DNA from: a virus
Lineage: Duplodnaviria; Caudoviricetes
Reading direction: 5' to 3' (one strand)
IMG/VR virus record: IMGVR_UViG_3300037421_000032
Location: 451-64,450 of that record
DNA: 64,000 nucleotides
Below are positions 46,764 to 56,116 of this stretch, in pieces. The notes under the pieces were generated by a model. That model made no database searches. It was not told where the DNA came from and worked only from the letters and a program-made list of their open reading frames with translations. The position numbers and the translations under genes were made by a program. Numbering within the stretch: position 1 is the stretch's first letter; each line of letters opens with the position of its first letter.

Positions 46764-47057
46764 ATGAGGCTCCTTTTCAATCCGGCAAAACTCCCGCGCA
46801 CGATGACGCGGAAGGAATGGAAAGAGATCGATCGCTGGCGGCGCGTGGTCACGCGCAAGCTGCGCGAATCGCTGGAACAGCGACTTAGCGAGGTCTTCAT
46901 TCGCGGCGGCGAAAAATTCCTCATCGACGTGCTCGACGAAGCCGTCAATCCGCCGCTGCTGCTAGGGCCGTATCAGGAGAGCACAATCGACTGCACCGAT
47001 ATTGTCCCTGGAAAGATCGCCAGTACGGACCCTCGCATCCGGCGTCGTTTGCCATGA
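46764..47057 (+). CDS. hypothetical protein
   Basis: Coupled ORF. Confidence 0.5.
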   Translation: MRLLFNPAKLPRTMTRKEWKEIDRWRRVVTRKLRESLEQRLSEVFIRGGEKFLIDVLDEAVNPPLLLGPYQESTIDCTDIVPGKIASTDPRIRRRLP

Positions 47058-47305
47058 CCGGCGCCGAGTTCCGCGACCAGCTCAAACGCTACAGCCTTTC
47101 GCAGACGGCGGCGGCGGCGTTCTTCGGCGTGACCGATCGCACCGTGCGCAATTGGGTAACGGAAGGCCGCCCGCCCGTGGCGGTCATTGTCTGTCTGGAT
47201 CTGCTTGCGGAGTTCGATTCAGTGACGGCGCGGGAATTGATCTTCAAGATCATGGAAGAAGAAAAACAGCGGCTCGCCAGAGTGACGAAGGAGATTATCG
47301 CGTGA
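47054..47305 (+). CDS. HTH transcriptional regulator
   Basis: LSQTAAAAFFGVTDRTVRNW. Confidence 0.8.
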   Translation: MTGAEFRDQLKRYSLSQTAAAAFFGVTDRTVRNWVTEGRPPVAVIVCLDLLAEFDSVTARELIFKIMEEEKQRLARVTKEIIA

Positions 47306-47746
47306 GCATCGTAAGAACCACTCAAATGACTTTCCGCGACATCGCCAGATTGTTCGACCGGCCGACCGCGCTCCAAGCCCTGACGATCGCCTGGGGCGGC
47401 TGGTGCCAGGATGAAAAGTGCCCCGATTATCCGCATGGTCCGCGGCCGAGCTTCAATGAATATTACTTCGCAACCGCCCAAAAAGCACAAGGCCGTCAGC
47501 CTTAGCTGACAGCCCTGCGATTCCTGGTTAATCGCTTCTCGTGTTGCAGCCCATCAATGGGTTGATCCCGCCTGCCTCCATGGTTCGATGCGATCCCGCA
47601 GAATAACACGCCGGCCGCAGGAGGGCAATCCTTACGGCCGGCGTGTCATTTCGCGTCGCGCTCCCTCGGGACAGGGGGCTGGCCGTACAGAAGCGCATAC
47701 GCTGGAGAACCGCCCCTACGGCAACCAGTTCGGAGCGTGGGTAAAT

Positions 47747-48793
47747 CTATGCGGCGGGCAGGGCAGATTCGTCAACGAAAGACGGCGCGTTGTCCACCGT
47801 TTCGTTCCCCCAGGCGGCCCATCCTGGCCGCGGCGCGCCGCGCCGGTTAAGCTCGATCTTCGGCAGGTTTGGGAAATAGTGCTCGATGATCTCGTGAAAC
47901 GCCTCGGGCTTTGCCGAGTGATCCGTGGCCGCGATCGACAGCAATCCCTCGGCCTGGTCGCCCATGGCCGGGGCCACGATGGCGCCTTTGGTGCCCACCA
48001 AGAGCAGTTCAAGGCGGTTGCGGAACCAATAGCCGGTTCCGATCTTCACCTTGTCCCACCCGATCAGGCTTTTGTAGACGAATCCCCACCTTTCCATGAC
48101 CACGAGAGCAGCCGGCAGCATCGGAACGGTCGCCCACAGGAACAGCGCACAGTCATCGGCCGCGATCGATGGCACGTCGAGCGCCGCAATGGCGTCGACC
48201 GTTTGCGTCGGGTAGTGGTTATCGGCCGCCCGGTCCATGCCCGTGAGTCTTGAGTAGGGCGAGAATGACCAAGCTGGGTCCGCGAGAATAACGCCGTACT
48301 TGGCTGCTGGGAGTGCCTTTTGTCGCTTGGCAAGCTCAGCCTCGCGCTCCGCGCGCCGCTGGCGCTTTTCCTCCGTGGTCACGGGATTGATGATCGTGGC
48401 GCCTTTGGCGCCTATCGCGGCCAAGCGTTGCTCGATCATGAGCGCATACGCTCGCTCCGAGATCGAAGCGGCCTTTTGGCATCGCGACGACAGGTTCCGG
48501 CTGACGCCTATTTCTTCAAGGCTGACCTTGCCATTAGTACCATCGCCGGTACTTTTCTTTCGCCGCCCTGGTGTCAGATGCCCGGCGGCCTTCTCGGCGA
48601 TCAGCATTTCTCCAAGGCGCCGTTCGGCCCGCATCTGTAGCCCGGCAACACTCTTTGCCATTTCGGTATCTTGCGCCTGCTGGGCGTACAGCCGCAGCCG
48701 TTGGGCCATATCGCGGACGCCGAGCACTTCGTCAATGTTTGCGGCCTCGGCCAGCATTCTTTTGGCTTGGTCGTAAAGGGCCAGAGCGGTCAT
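47747..48793 (-). CDS. MT-A70 family DNA adenine methyltransferase with N-terminal HTH-like extension
   Basis: ILADPAW, HYPT, LFLWAT, WGF.YK, GYWFR...ELLLVG, HSAKP, ELN.R...GW..WGNE. Confidence 0.9.
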   Translation of the reverse strand: MTALALYDQAKRMLAEAANIDEVLGVRDMAQRLRLYAQQAQDTEMAKSVAGLQMRAERRLGEMLIAEKAAGHLTPGRRKKSTGDGTNGKVSLEEIGVSRNLSSRCQKAASISERAYALMIEQRLAAIGAKGATIINPVTTEEKRQRRAEREAELAKRQKALPAAKYGVILADPAWSFSPYSRLTGMDRAADNHYPTQTVDAIAALDVPSIAADDCALFLWATVPMLPAALVVMERWGFVYKSLIGWDKVKIGTGYWFRNRLELLLVGTKGAIVAPAMGDQAEGLLSIAATDHSAKPEAFHEIIEHYFPNLPKIELNRRGAPRPGWAAWGNETVDNAPSFVDESALPAA

Positions 48794-49335
48794 TTGCGGC
48801 CCACAACTTCGACCGATTCGACTTCAAATCCCTCGCCGCCAATCTCCCAATCTATTTCCGCTTCGGAAAGTTCATCCGCCGCTTTGTCGGCCTCATCTTG
48901 CGACGACGCGAGCACGATTGCACGCCCGGTCATTACCGCGGTACAGCGAACTTCCCACTCGAATTTCTCGCCATCCCGGCGTCCCCATTGGGGATCATAC
49001 TTTTGGATTTCCTTGGCGGCGTGCCCGTGCGGAGCTTCCACCAGTTCCCTTAGCCGCTCCCGCGGCAGCGGGCCGCTTACGGCATCTTTAGCAGCCATCC
49101 ACCCGCGTTGCTTAGCAACCCATTCCGGCATGGCGTAGAGTCCGTTGCCGTAATCCTCCACCAGCGATCTTGGAATCCACTTTGCCCGATTTTTGTCCGT
49201 ATCGCTCAAAAACAGCGCCTTGTCGGTCGCGGCGAAGACGTTGAGCGCGATGTCGACCAGATCGGACCGCTGGGCCTGATCTTCATCCCGGCTGCGGCCG
49301 GGACCGGAGCGCATCAGGTCGACGAGATCCTTCAT
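48790..49335 (-). CDS. hypothetical protein
   Basis: TDKA......WIPRSLV...MPEWVA motif. Confidence 0.6.
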   Translation of the reverse strand: MKDLVDLMRSGPGRSRDEDQAQRSDLVDIALNVFAATDKALFLSDTDKNRAKWIPRSLVEDYGNGLYAMPEWVAKQRGWMAAKDAVSGPLPRERLRELVEAPHGHAAKEIQKYDPQWGRRDGEKFEWEVRCTAVMTGRAIVLASSQDEADKAADELSEAEIDWEIGGEGFEVESVEVVGRK

Positions 49336-49598
49336 GCACTGCCCTCGATCGCAGCTCGGGCGTTCATCCATGCCCGGCAGAGCCGCCAGCGACATTCCGG
49401 CAACACCCGATAGACGTTCCCGTGGCGGTCGGCTGCGGCCCCGTCAGGGTCGCGCACAGCTACGCTCTCGTGGCAGTAGAACGGTTCGCCGCTCTCGATG
49501 CAGCCTGCGAGGTCCGCCATCGTCTCGGCGCAGGCGTTCGCCTCCGTGCCCTTGCGGCCGGCGCACGATCCGCACATTTCGCCGCGCCGCCAGCTCAC
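49332..49598 (-). CDS. Cys-rich hypothetical protein
   Basis: CGSCA...PFYCH...LC motifs. Confidence 0.6.
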   Translation of the reverse strand: MSWRRGEMCGSCAGRKGTEANACAETMADLAGCIESGEPFYCHESVAVRDPDGAAADRHGNVYRVLPECRWRLCRAWMNARAAIEGSA

Positions 49599-49969
49599 GC
49601 CGCATCCCCTTGGACAACCTGCAAAAGCTCGCCGTTGCAGATGACGATCGGCCGGCCTTGCCGCTTGGCTATTGCCTCGATCCAGTCGGAAAGGGCGTGC
49701 AGCGCCTGCCTAATGATGTAGGCTTCCGTAAAATCGCCCGCGAGTTCAGCCCCATGGAACCGCCCGGCGGCGATCAGGAGCGTCCGCAGGGGATCGTAGA
49801 GGCTATCCATGGCGGCGTTCGTTCGGCGCCAGTCGACCGATTCTAGCTGTTGCCGATGCAGAAAAGCCATTTCCGCCATCTCGCGCGAGCTGATTCGGCA
49901 AGTCAGAAAGCAATAGACGTTCAAGACAGCGTTGGCCGCAAGATGCGGTAAGGGAGAATGGGCGGTCAT
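49595..49969 (-). CDS. hypothetical protein
   Basis: Coupled ORF. Confidence 0.5.
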   Translation of the reverse strand: MTAHSPLPHLAANAVLNVYCFLTCRISSREMAEMAFLHRQQLESVDWRRTNAAMDSLYDPLRTLLIAAGRFHGAELAGDFTEAYIIRQALHALSDWIEAIAKRQGRPIVICNGELLQVVQGDAA

Positions 49970-50081
49970 TTTTGCGTGCCCCAGGCGCGCTCGTAAAGCC
50001 GCCCGCGCCACCAGCCTACCCAAAACATGACCTGGCAGGCCGCGAAAAAGAGCATCCAATGGTCCCATGTTTTCAGCACGT

Positions 50082-50498
50082 TCAGGCTCTCCCGGCCGGG
50101 CCGGGCCAGTGATCGGCGGCCAAGTCCTTCAAGGCTTCGTCGAGGGTGCGGCCGTCGCGGGTTGGGGCGAGATAATGGCCTATGTCGGTGCCGGTATATT
50201 CCCGGCATTGAAAATCGGCGGCCAGGGGTTCCGTTGCGCTCCTTATCGGCCGGCGGCCAAATTGAGTAGGCTCCGGTCGACAGAGCGCGTTTTCCAATTC
50301 GCCGGCCTGCGGCCAAGCAACCGGATAGGCCCGGCCGCATATGACCTCCCAGGCCGACCGGAGCCGCGCCAGCCATCCGTCGTAGAACGGCTCGGGGACC
50401 GCTCGGACATACCGGCCGTCCGGCAAACCAGCGCAGCACGAAGGCGAGCCCACCATATCGCGAAGCTCGAAGATCACCGCTATGCCGGCTCGTTTCAT
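50082..50498 (-). CDS. hypothetical protein
   Basis: Coupled ORF; YVRAVPEPF...RLRSAWEVICGRA. Confidence 0.55.
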   Translation of the reverse strand: MKRAGIAVIFELRDMVGSPSCCAGLPDGRYVRAVPEPFYDGWLARLRSAWEVICGRAYPVAWPQAGELENALCRPEPTQFGRRPIRSATEPLAADFQCREYTGTDIGHYLAPTRDGRTLDEALKDLAADHWPGPAGRA

Positions 50499-50692
50499 TG
50501 TCTTTCCTCGAATCTCTTGAGAGATGCGTCAAGACGCCGCAGGGTGATGTCCTTGGTATTCGCCCCGCCGAGCATTCGCCAGTAGGTCGCGGGGTCGACG
50601 AGCGCATCCGCGCAAAGCGCGGCCGTCTTTAGCCCGAGCCGCATTCTCCGCTGTTCGATCAGCGAAGGCGTCATTTGGCTTTGTGCGTCCAT
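50495..50692 (-). CDS. Cro/XRE-like HTH repressor
   Basis: IEQRRMRLGLKTAALCADALVDPATYWR; first gene of a divergent unit. Confidence 0.7.
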   Translation of the reverse strand: MDAQSQMTPSLIEQRRMRLGLKTAALCADALVDPATYWRMLGGANTKDITLRRLDASLKRFEERQ

Positions 50693-50713
50693 GGACGGAA
50701 ATGTAATCGATTG

Positions 50714-50765
50714 CCCTTGCATATGCAATAGCGGCTTGCTATCTTCCTTATGCGAGTACGTCAAT
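50714..50765. promoter_or_regulatory. divergent promoter with palindromic operator TTGCATATGCAA (50717-50728)
   Basis: Perfect 12-bp palindrome; minus-strand TTGACG-17 nt-TAGCAA. Confidence 0.55.
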
Positions 50766-50786
50766 CTTATCCACAGGGGGATTCAC

Positions 50787-51053
50787 ATGATCGAGCCGGG
50801 TAAATCCGGCGATGGCGGCGCCGGGGCGAAAGCTCCGGCAACCGCTGCCGTCCAGCGCATCTTCGATGAATTGCCGGATGAAGCCTCCGGGGAAGTACCG
50901 ACCATGCGCGAAGCTGCGATCGAAGTAGTAGCATCGGCACACAAGCTGCAAGACGGTCGCCACGATACGCCGAAAGGATTGGTTTTGGTGAATGAATCGG
51001 CACTCCTTGCCCTTGGTGCGGCTATCTCCAAGCGAGGCGAAAATGCGCCGTGA
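50787..51053 (+). CDS. hypothetical protein
   Basis: AGGGGGA RBS. Confidence 0.5.
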   Translation: MIEPGKSGDGGAGAKAPATAAVQRIFDELPDEASGEVPTMREAAIEVVASAHKLQDGRHDTPKGLVLVNESALLALGAAISKRGENAP

Positions 51054-51483
51054 CCGCGCCAAGTACCGCGAGGCTCTTTATGAGCGGTGCCGCGGCAACC
51101 TTCCATTTCCCATCTGCAATCTGTGCAATCTGGAAATCGCGACGGGGCAGGACTGGGAGGAATCCCACCAGCCGGTTCCCCGCGCCCTCGGCGGCAAGAA
51201 GACCGGCATCGCGCATGTCCGCTGCAACCGCGACCATGGTGCCAAGGTCGTCACGCCCGCCGTTGCCAAGGGCAAGCGCGTCCGTCGCCGGCATTTGGGA
51301 ATAGTCCGCGAGGGCCTGGGCCGCTCGCGCATGCCCGGCGGCCGGCATTCCAAGGTGAAAATAACGATGGACCGCCGAATCGTTCCGCGGCTCTCGCTGC
51401 GCGACAAGCTGATCCTCGCGGGCATCATCATGCTTGAGGATTGTACCGAGGAAGAAGTCGAAGCGCATTTCGGGAATCTGTGA
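51043..51483 (+). CDS. HNH-like endonuclease
   Basis: CNLC...WEESH..P.ALGG.....AH..CN..H. Confidence 0.75.
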   Translation: MRRDRAKYREALYERCRGNLPFPICNLCNLEIATGQDWEESHQPVPRALGGKKTGIAHVRCNRDHGAKVVTPAVAKGKRVRRRHLGIVREGLGRSRMPGGRHSKVKITMDRRIVPRLSLRDKLILAGIIMLEDCTEEEVEAHFGNL

Positions 51484-51848
51484 TGCGCGATCACACGTCA
51501 CCCGACCGCTTCGCCTTTTCCTCAGATCCATGGGAGCTTGGGCTATCCGGCTCGATGCAGCGGGCGTTCATGGCGATCGCCGAGATTGGGCGGCTATTCC
51601 GGCTAGGGCCGGTCTACGGTATGCCGCCGGATGACCGGCGGTTTCCCGCTCGCTCGATCCAGGCCCTTTGTGACCGCAGTCTCGTTGCGATACGCTGTGA
51701 TCGATACCGGCATGACTATGCGGTCCTGACCGGCCTCGGCCGGCTGTTGCTCAAGGCAGGCGATCAGAGCTTCGCCCGCGAGATTTCCGAAATGAACGGC
51801 CAGCGTGCCGCAATTCTCAGGAGAAACCATGTCCAAGACGAACGGTAA
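51483..51848 (+). CDS. hypothetical protein
   Basis: TGATG-coupled. Confidence 0.5.
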   Translation: MRDHTSPDRFAFSSDPWELGLSGSMQRAFMAIAEIGRLFRLGPVYGMPPDDRRFPARSIQALCDRSLVAIRCDRYRHDYAVLTGLGRLLLKAGDQSFAREISEMNGQRAAILRRNHVQDER

Positions 51849-52224
51849 CGGCGAAGTCGAACAGAGCCTAGCGGAACTTGCCCGCAAGCACTCGCCGACG
51901 ATCGACGCGATCAAACGCGCGATGGTTTCAGGGCACTTCAAGATCAATGACGAACTGGCGCAGGCCGCCCAGGAGGCGGTAGACTTCGCCAGCTCCGTCC
52001 GTTCCGAGGTCGACGAGTTCAATAAGATCGTCGAGGAACACGGCGGCAAGGTCATCGAACATCTGGAAGCGAGCATCGCCAAGACGGCAAGCGTTCTTGC
52101 CATGATGCAAGCGGCGAAGCAGGGATTTGGCGGTGCGCTGAGCGCGCCGAAGCCAGAAGCGCGTGAGCCCGGAGAGGTTGCCCAGGGTGCCACGACGGCG
52201 GTCGCGGAAGCCCTGGGACAATAG
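51829..52224 (+). CDS. helical hypothetical protein
   Basis: AGGAG RBS. Confidence 0.6.
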   Translation: MSKTNGNGEVEQSLAELARKHSPTIDAIKRAMVSGHFKINDELAQAAQEAVDFASSVRSEVDEFNKIVEEHGGKVIEHLEASIAKTASVLAMMQAAKQGFGGALSAPKPEAREPGEVAQGATTAVAEALGQ

Positions 52225-52257
52225 GGCACTCGGTGAGATACAGCTTTTGGGGACCAA

Positions 52258-52497
52258 ATGACGACTTGGGACGATCTTGAAGAAATGCGGCGGCTGCGGG
52301 CCGAACTCGCCACCCTCCGCGCCAACCACGAAGACCTGCGGCATAACTGTAGCCGGCTGAACGAGGCGAATGAGCGGTTGCGGGCGGCACTAATCCAAGT
52401 TCGCGAGGTCTGCCGCGACAATGCCGCCGCATCATGCAATCAGGCAATGGCACTGAAATTCGTGGATAGTGTCGCGCGGGAGGCGCTTGGAAAATGA
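52258..52497 (+). CDS. coiled-coil hypothetical protein
   Basis: ORF track. Confidence 0.55.
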   Translation: MTTWDDLEEMRRLRAELATLRANHEDLRHNCSRLNEANERLRAALIQVREVCRDNAAASCNQAMALKFVDSVAREALGK

Positions 52498-52662
52498 CGG
52501 TCCCGCAGTTCTATGGCCCTCACACTCTCTGCGATGATGGCCGCATTTGCACCCTTCCTCAATGCGCCGTTCATGGCTGTATGATGGGCGCAGTCTGTGA
52601 GAAGTGCGGCGAACTCATTGATCTAATCGACGGTTGCCGTTGTGCATGGGAGACTGACGAGC

Positions 52663-53190
52663 ATGACTAAGTTCTACCGCTCAAGCGAATCCGGCACGGA
52701 GGAATTGGTGCTGACGCCACGAGCTACGGACGAGCAGATTGAGGCGGCGGCGAAAGCCATTCAACAAGTCATATGCCCTGACGATCCGTTTGATACACTT
52801 AGTAACGCAGGGCAAGAAGAACATCGCGAAACCGCCCGCGCCGCGCTCGCCGCAGCGCAGGTCGCGCAGATTTGGAAGTGTGATCGCTGCGGGTGGACGG
52901 GTAATCAACCCGACTTTGCCTCGATCCAACACCCTGCGGGCTATGGTTATCAGGCTCCGCATTGCCCAAACTGCGGCCGATATTTCGGCGAAATGCCGCT
53001 CGCCGCAGCGCAGGCCACAGCCCCCGCACCCTGGCCCACGGAGGAACAGATCGCACAGGAGATTTTATCTTGCGTCGAACAGCGATCTGTTAGCTACATT
53101 GCCAATGCGATCCGTCCGATTTCATTGGACATTGCTCGCGACGTCGGTGCCCTCTACCGCAACGCCTTGCGCTCCAAGGTGAAGACATGA
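52663..53190 (+). CDS. mosaic protein with a zinc ribbon
   Basis: CDRC...CPNC; GGAGA RBS. Confidence 0.6.
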   Translation: MTKFYRSSESGTEELVLTPRATDEQIEAAAKAIQQVICPDDPFDTLSNAGQEEHRETARAALAAAQVAQIWKCDRCGWTGNQPDFASIQHPAGYGYQAPHCPNCGRYFGEMPLAAAQATAPAPWPTEEQIAQEILSCVEQRSVSYIANAIRPISLDIARDVGALYRNALRSKVKT

Positions 53191-53960
53191 CCCAAGGCGC
53201 AGCATGGAAAGAGGGACATGACCAAGGCTTCGCGGCAGGAGTCAAGGCGGCGGCCGAGATAGCCGTTCACATTCTTCGTGAGTGGGGAAAGTATGGCACT
53301 ATATATCGCATCGACGATCGCGCATTGAAAGACTTGGAAATGGACGTGCAGCGACGCACCCCACGGCCTCCCACAGTGCAGGCCGTGGTGCCTAACGACT
53401 CATTTGTGGCGGGGCTAAAGGCAGCGGCTAAGGCCGCGCAGACGGCTTATGCCGAGGCTCGTGACAGCGAATGGGATGACGGATTCAACGATGCGAGGAC
53501 AATCATTGCGAATGCGATCCGCGCCTTGCGGCCTCCCGCAGCGCCGGCAAATCCAACCGGCATAACCGGCGACTATGCCGGCGATCTGACTGAGCAGCCC
53601 CTGTCAGCTTCCGAGCCCGCAGGGGCGAAACAGCCGCAGTATGATTGCTGGGATGAGGGCTTTCCACGAAGCGCCGAGCCGGCAGGGGCGCCAATTCACA
53701 GCGCGGCAGTCGAGGCCGCAGCCGAGCAGTTGTGGGAAGCCATGCTGCCGCGCCGCACTATGCAGTGGTGCATATCAACTGCCAAGACAATGCTTACCAC
53801 CGCTCAACGCAATGAGCCGGCAGGGGCGCCAAGCGAGGAAGATGTGGCGCGGGCTTTGGAAGATGCGGACCGACGAGCAAGTCAGCGCATTTTTTCAAGG
53901 GATTATTGGAACTACCTCGCTCGAGCGGTGCTGGCCCTTTTACGCCAATCCACGAAATGA
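53187..53960 (+). CDS. mosaic hypothetical protein with EPAGA repeats
   Basis: Coupled on both sides. Confidence 0.6.
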   Translation: MTQGAAWKEGHDQGFAAGVKAAAEIAVHILREWGKYGTIYRIDDRALKDLEMDVQRRTPRPPTVQAVVPNDSFVAGLKAAAKAAQTAYAEARDSEWDDGFNDARTIIANAIRALRPPAAPANPTGITGDYAGDLTEQPLSASEPAGAKQPQYDCWDEGFPRSAEPAGAPIHSAAVEAAAEQLWEAMLPRRTMQWCISTAKTMLTTAQRNEPAGAPSEEDVARALEDADRRASQRIFSRDYWNYLARAVLALLRQSTK

Positions 53961-54727
53961 ATGCGTACTACAACGAGATCGACCCCTATGCCGCCCAATG
54001 GCTCCGCAACCTCATCGCCGCCGGCCACATCGCACCAGGCGACGTTGACGAGCGAAGCATCGTTGACGTGCAGCCCGACGACCTCGCCGGATACGGACAA
54101 TGCCATTTCTTCGCCGGCATCGGCGGGTGGTCGGTTGCCCTCAGACTTGCCGGATGGCCCGACGACCGACCTGTTTGGACAGGCTCTTGCCCGTGCCAAC
54201 CTTTCAGCCCGGCAGGCACAAAGGGCGGATTTGCTGACGAGCGGCATGTATGGCCATCCTGGCACCATCTTATTCGAGAGCGTGAGCCTTCAATTATTTT
54301 TGGCGAACAGGTTGCGTCGCGCGCTGGGCTTGAATGGTTCGATCTTGTGGCGCTTGATTTGGAAGGTGAGGGCTACGCCGTTGGAGCGGCCGATCTATGC
54401 GCTGCGGGCATCGGCGCTCCGCACATCAGGCAACGGCTATGGTTCGTGGCCCACGCCAAACCACAACTCGACTGGCTCAGGGACACAAGGCCGACAGGGC
54501 GGATTGAACCTGCAAACGGCGGTTCAGACCGTGCGGTACAGAATGGCGCATGGATCGATTGCGATTTTCTATCCTGTGAGGATGGGCGAATACGGTTCAC
54601 TCGATCCGGCCTTTTCCCAATGGCTCATGGGATACCCGCCCGAGTGGCTAAGCTGCGCGCCTACGGCAATGCCATCGTCCCGCAAGTCGCGGTCGAGTTC
54701 ATCAAAGCGGCGGGCGATTGGCGTTAA
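53957..54727 (+). CDS. DNA cytosine-5 methyltransferase, main (alpha) chain
   Basis: FFAGIGG (I), GSCPCQPFS (IV), EQV (VI), HIRQRLW (VIII), YGNAIVP (X). Confidence 0.92.
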   Translation: MNAYYNEIDPYAAQWLRNLIAAGHIAPGDVDERSIVDVQPDDLAGYGQCHFFAGIGGWSVALRLAGWPDDRPVWTGSCPCQPFSPAGTKGGFADERHVWPSWHHLIREREPSIIFGEQVASRAGLEWFDLVALDLEGEGYAVGAADLCAAGIGAPHIRQRLWFVAHAKPQLDWLRDTRPTGRIEPANGGSDRAVQNGAWIDCDFLSCEDGRIRFTRSGLFPMAHGIPARVAKLRAYGNAIVPQVAVEFIKAAGDWR

Positions 54728-54758
54728 CGACAGCTTAGCCACGGAGGGGAAGAAGTGA
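53988..54758 (+). CDS. overlapping +1-frame ORF, putative MTase beta chain carrying motif IX
   Basis: WPTP...LNLQTAV...SLDPAFSQWLMGYPPEW. Its stop overlaps the GTG of the next gene; start uncertain. Confidence 0.7.
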   Translation: MPPNGSATSSPPATSHQATLTSEASLTCSPTTSPDTDNAISSPASAGGRLPSDLPDGPTTDLFGQALARANLSARQAQRADLLTSGMYGHPGTILFESVSLQLFLANRLRRALGLNGSILWRLIWKVRATPLERPIYALRASALRTSGNGYGSWPTPNHNSTGSGTQGRQGGLNLQTAVQTVRYRMAHGSIAIFYPVRMGEYGSLDPAFSQWLMGYPPEWLSCAPTAMPSSRKSRSSSSKRRAIGVNDSLATEGKK

Positions 54759-55078
54759 AACACGAATCAGCCGCCAAAAGATTTGTCCTCAGAGCAATTC
54801 AGGACTGGGGACAGAGCGATGCCGATAGAATAGGGGCAGTGCAAGCCGTTCTGGATGCCGCCGGCATCAGAGCTACGGCGACTTGTGGTCCCGTCTTTGG
54901 CGGCATCTGGCCAAAGTCGTGCAATGGGCCGGAAGCCCAGCGCGCAACGGCTTGGCTCAAGTCACTCACCGAAAGTATGAAGCGAGGCGAATTTAACCGC
55001 GAGGCCCAGCACGTGGACGACATGATTGAGGCCGCGCGGGTTGGTAATGACAACAGTACGAATTTGGGGACCAAATGA
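54755..55078 (+). CDS. hypothetical protein
   Basis: GGAGG RBS; GTGA coupling. Confidence 0.55.
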   Translation: MKHESAAKRFVLRAIQDWGQSDADRIGAVQAVLDAAGIRATATCGPVFGGIWPKSCNGPEAQRATAWLKSLTESMKRGEFNREAQHVDDMIEAARVGNDNSTNLGTK

Positions 55079-55223
55079 CACCCGATGAAGCTGACGCCGT
55101 TCTGCATCGACTGGCCTATTGGGGGTCTATAGCAGTAGGAACGACAGTAGGAACGATCTTCGGTAATGTTCTCGGCACCTATATCTTTTGGTAAACTGAA
55201 AACAGTACAGGATTGGGGACCAA

Positions 55224-55460
55224 ATGAACCGGCAATTCTATCTTGTGACTGATGCGACCGCCGAAGAAGTGGAGCGCCGCACCGGCCTGCAAGGACACAA
55301 TACGCATTTGGGCGCGCTCGTGGAGACGCCGACGCCATTCGATCTCGGCGAAGCCATGGCGCGGCTTGACAGGCTGCTACACCCAAACCGCTGCACTTGC
55401 GGCGCCTACGCCGTCTTTCATAGGCCAGGATGCCCAGCGGCCTATTGGGGGACAATATAG
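55224..55460 (+). CDS. hypothetical protein
   Basis: CTCG....H.PGC motif. Confidence 0.5.
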   Translation: MNRQFYLVTDATAEEVERRTGLQGHNTHLGALVETPTPFDLGEAMARLDRLLHPNRCTCGAYAVFHRPGCPAAYWGTI

Positions 55461-55816
55461 TCACGGCATCCAAGGAGTAATCCATGTTTGAGCGCGATGA
55501 GTATGGAAATACGTTTTGGGATCGGTATAGCGACATAATCAACATATGCGTATTTGTTCTATCACCATTCAGTCTCGGAGTGCTTGTGGGAATACTGATC
55601 TGCGCCATACATGGTAAATGAGCAGTTTACCCCATGGCTGAAATTGAACGGATGATAGCCGAGGTTCACGAGTGGCGAGTGTTCCACCGCGAGCAATATC
55701 GGCGCGGCGTTAATGGCGCGCAGATTGACGCTGCGGCGTGTGCCATTCGAGAGATCGCTTTGAAGGACGCAAGAGCCGCAATCCTGCGGGAACGTGGCAA
55801 GTAAGCGATTTACACC

Positions 55817-56116
55817 ATGGGCCAAGACGTTCTCAACGAGATTGCATGGCGGGACTTTGTGACCTTTGCGTGGTCACGGCCAGATGCACATGCCGCCTTT
55901 CGTGGCGCGACGGGTCGTCCGCAGCGACGAGAAACAGGTTTCTTTCTTGATGCCGCAATCGACAGAGCTTGTGGCGTAGACATAGACAGCGAAGCCTACA
56001 TGCGCGAGTTTGTCGATTGGGTTACAAAAAACCATTGGGGCGAAAACTACGCGCCGGAGAAATGGAAGAAGCTGCGGGGCGTAAATGGGCAAATAACGAC
56101 GGAGGACAAGCGGTGA
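55817..56116 (+). CDS. hypothetical protein
   Basis: ORF track. Confidence 0.5.
   Translation: MGQDVLNEIAWRDFVTFAWSRPDAHAAFRGATGRPQRRETGFFLDAAIDRACGVDIDSEAYMREFVDWVTKNHWGENYAPEKWKKLRGVNGQITTEDKR

Noticed and set aside
47506-47746. ncRNA or att site in the convergent intergenic gap
   Set aside because: Only a short hairpin nearby (GTCAGC-CTTA-GCTGAC at about 47496-47511); no recognisable RNA family, and no integrase in the window.
55133-55156. Tandem CAGTAGGAACGA x2 as a mini-CRISPR
   Set aside because: There is no spacer; it is an in-frame duplication (AVGT/TVGT) in a 39-aa membrane peptide ORF (55075-55194).
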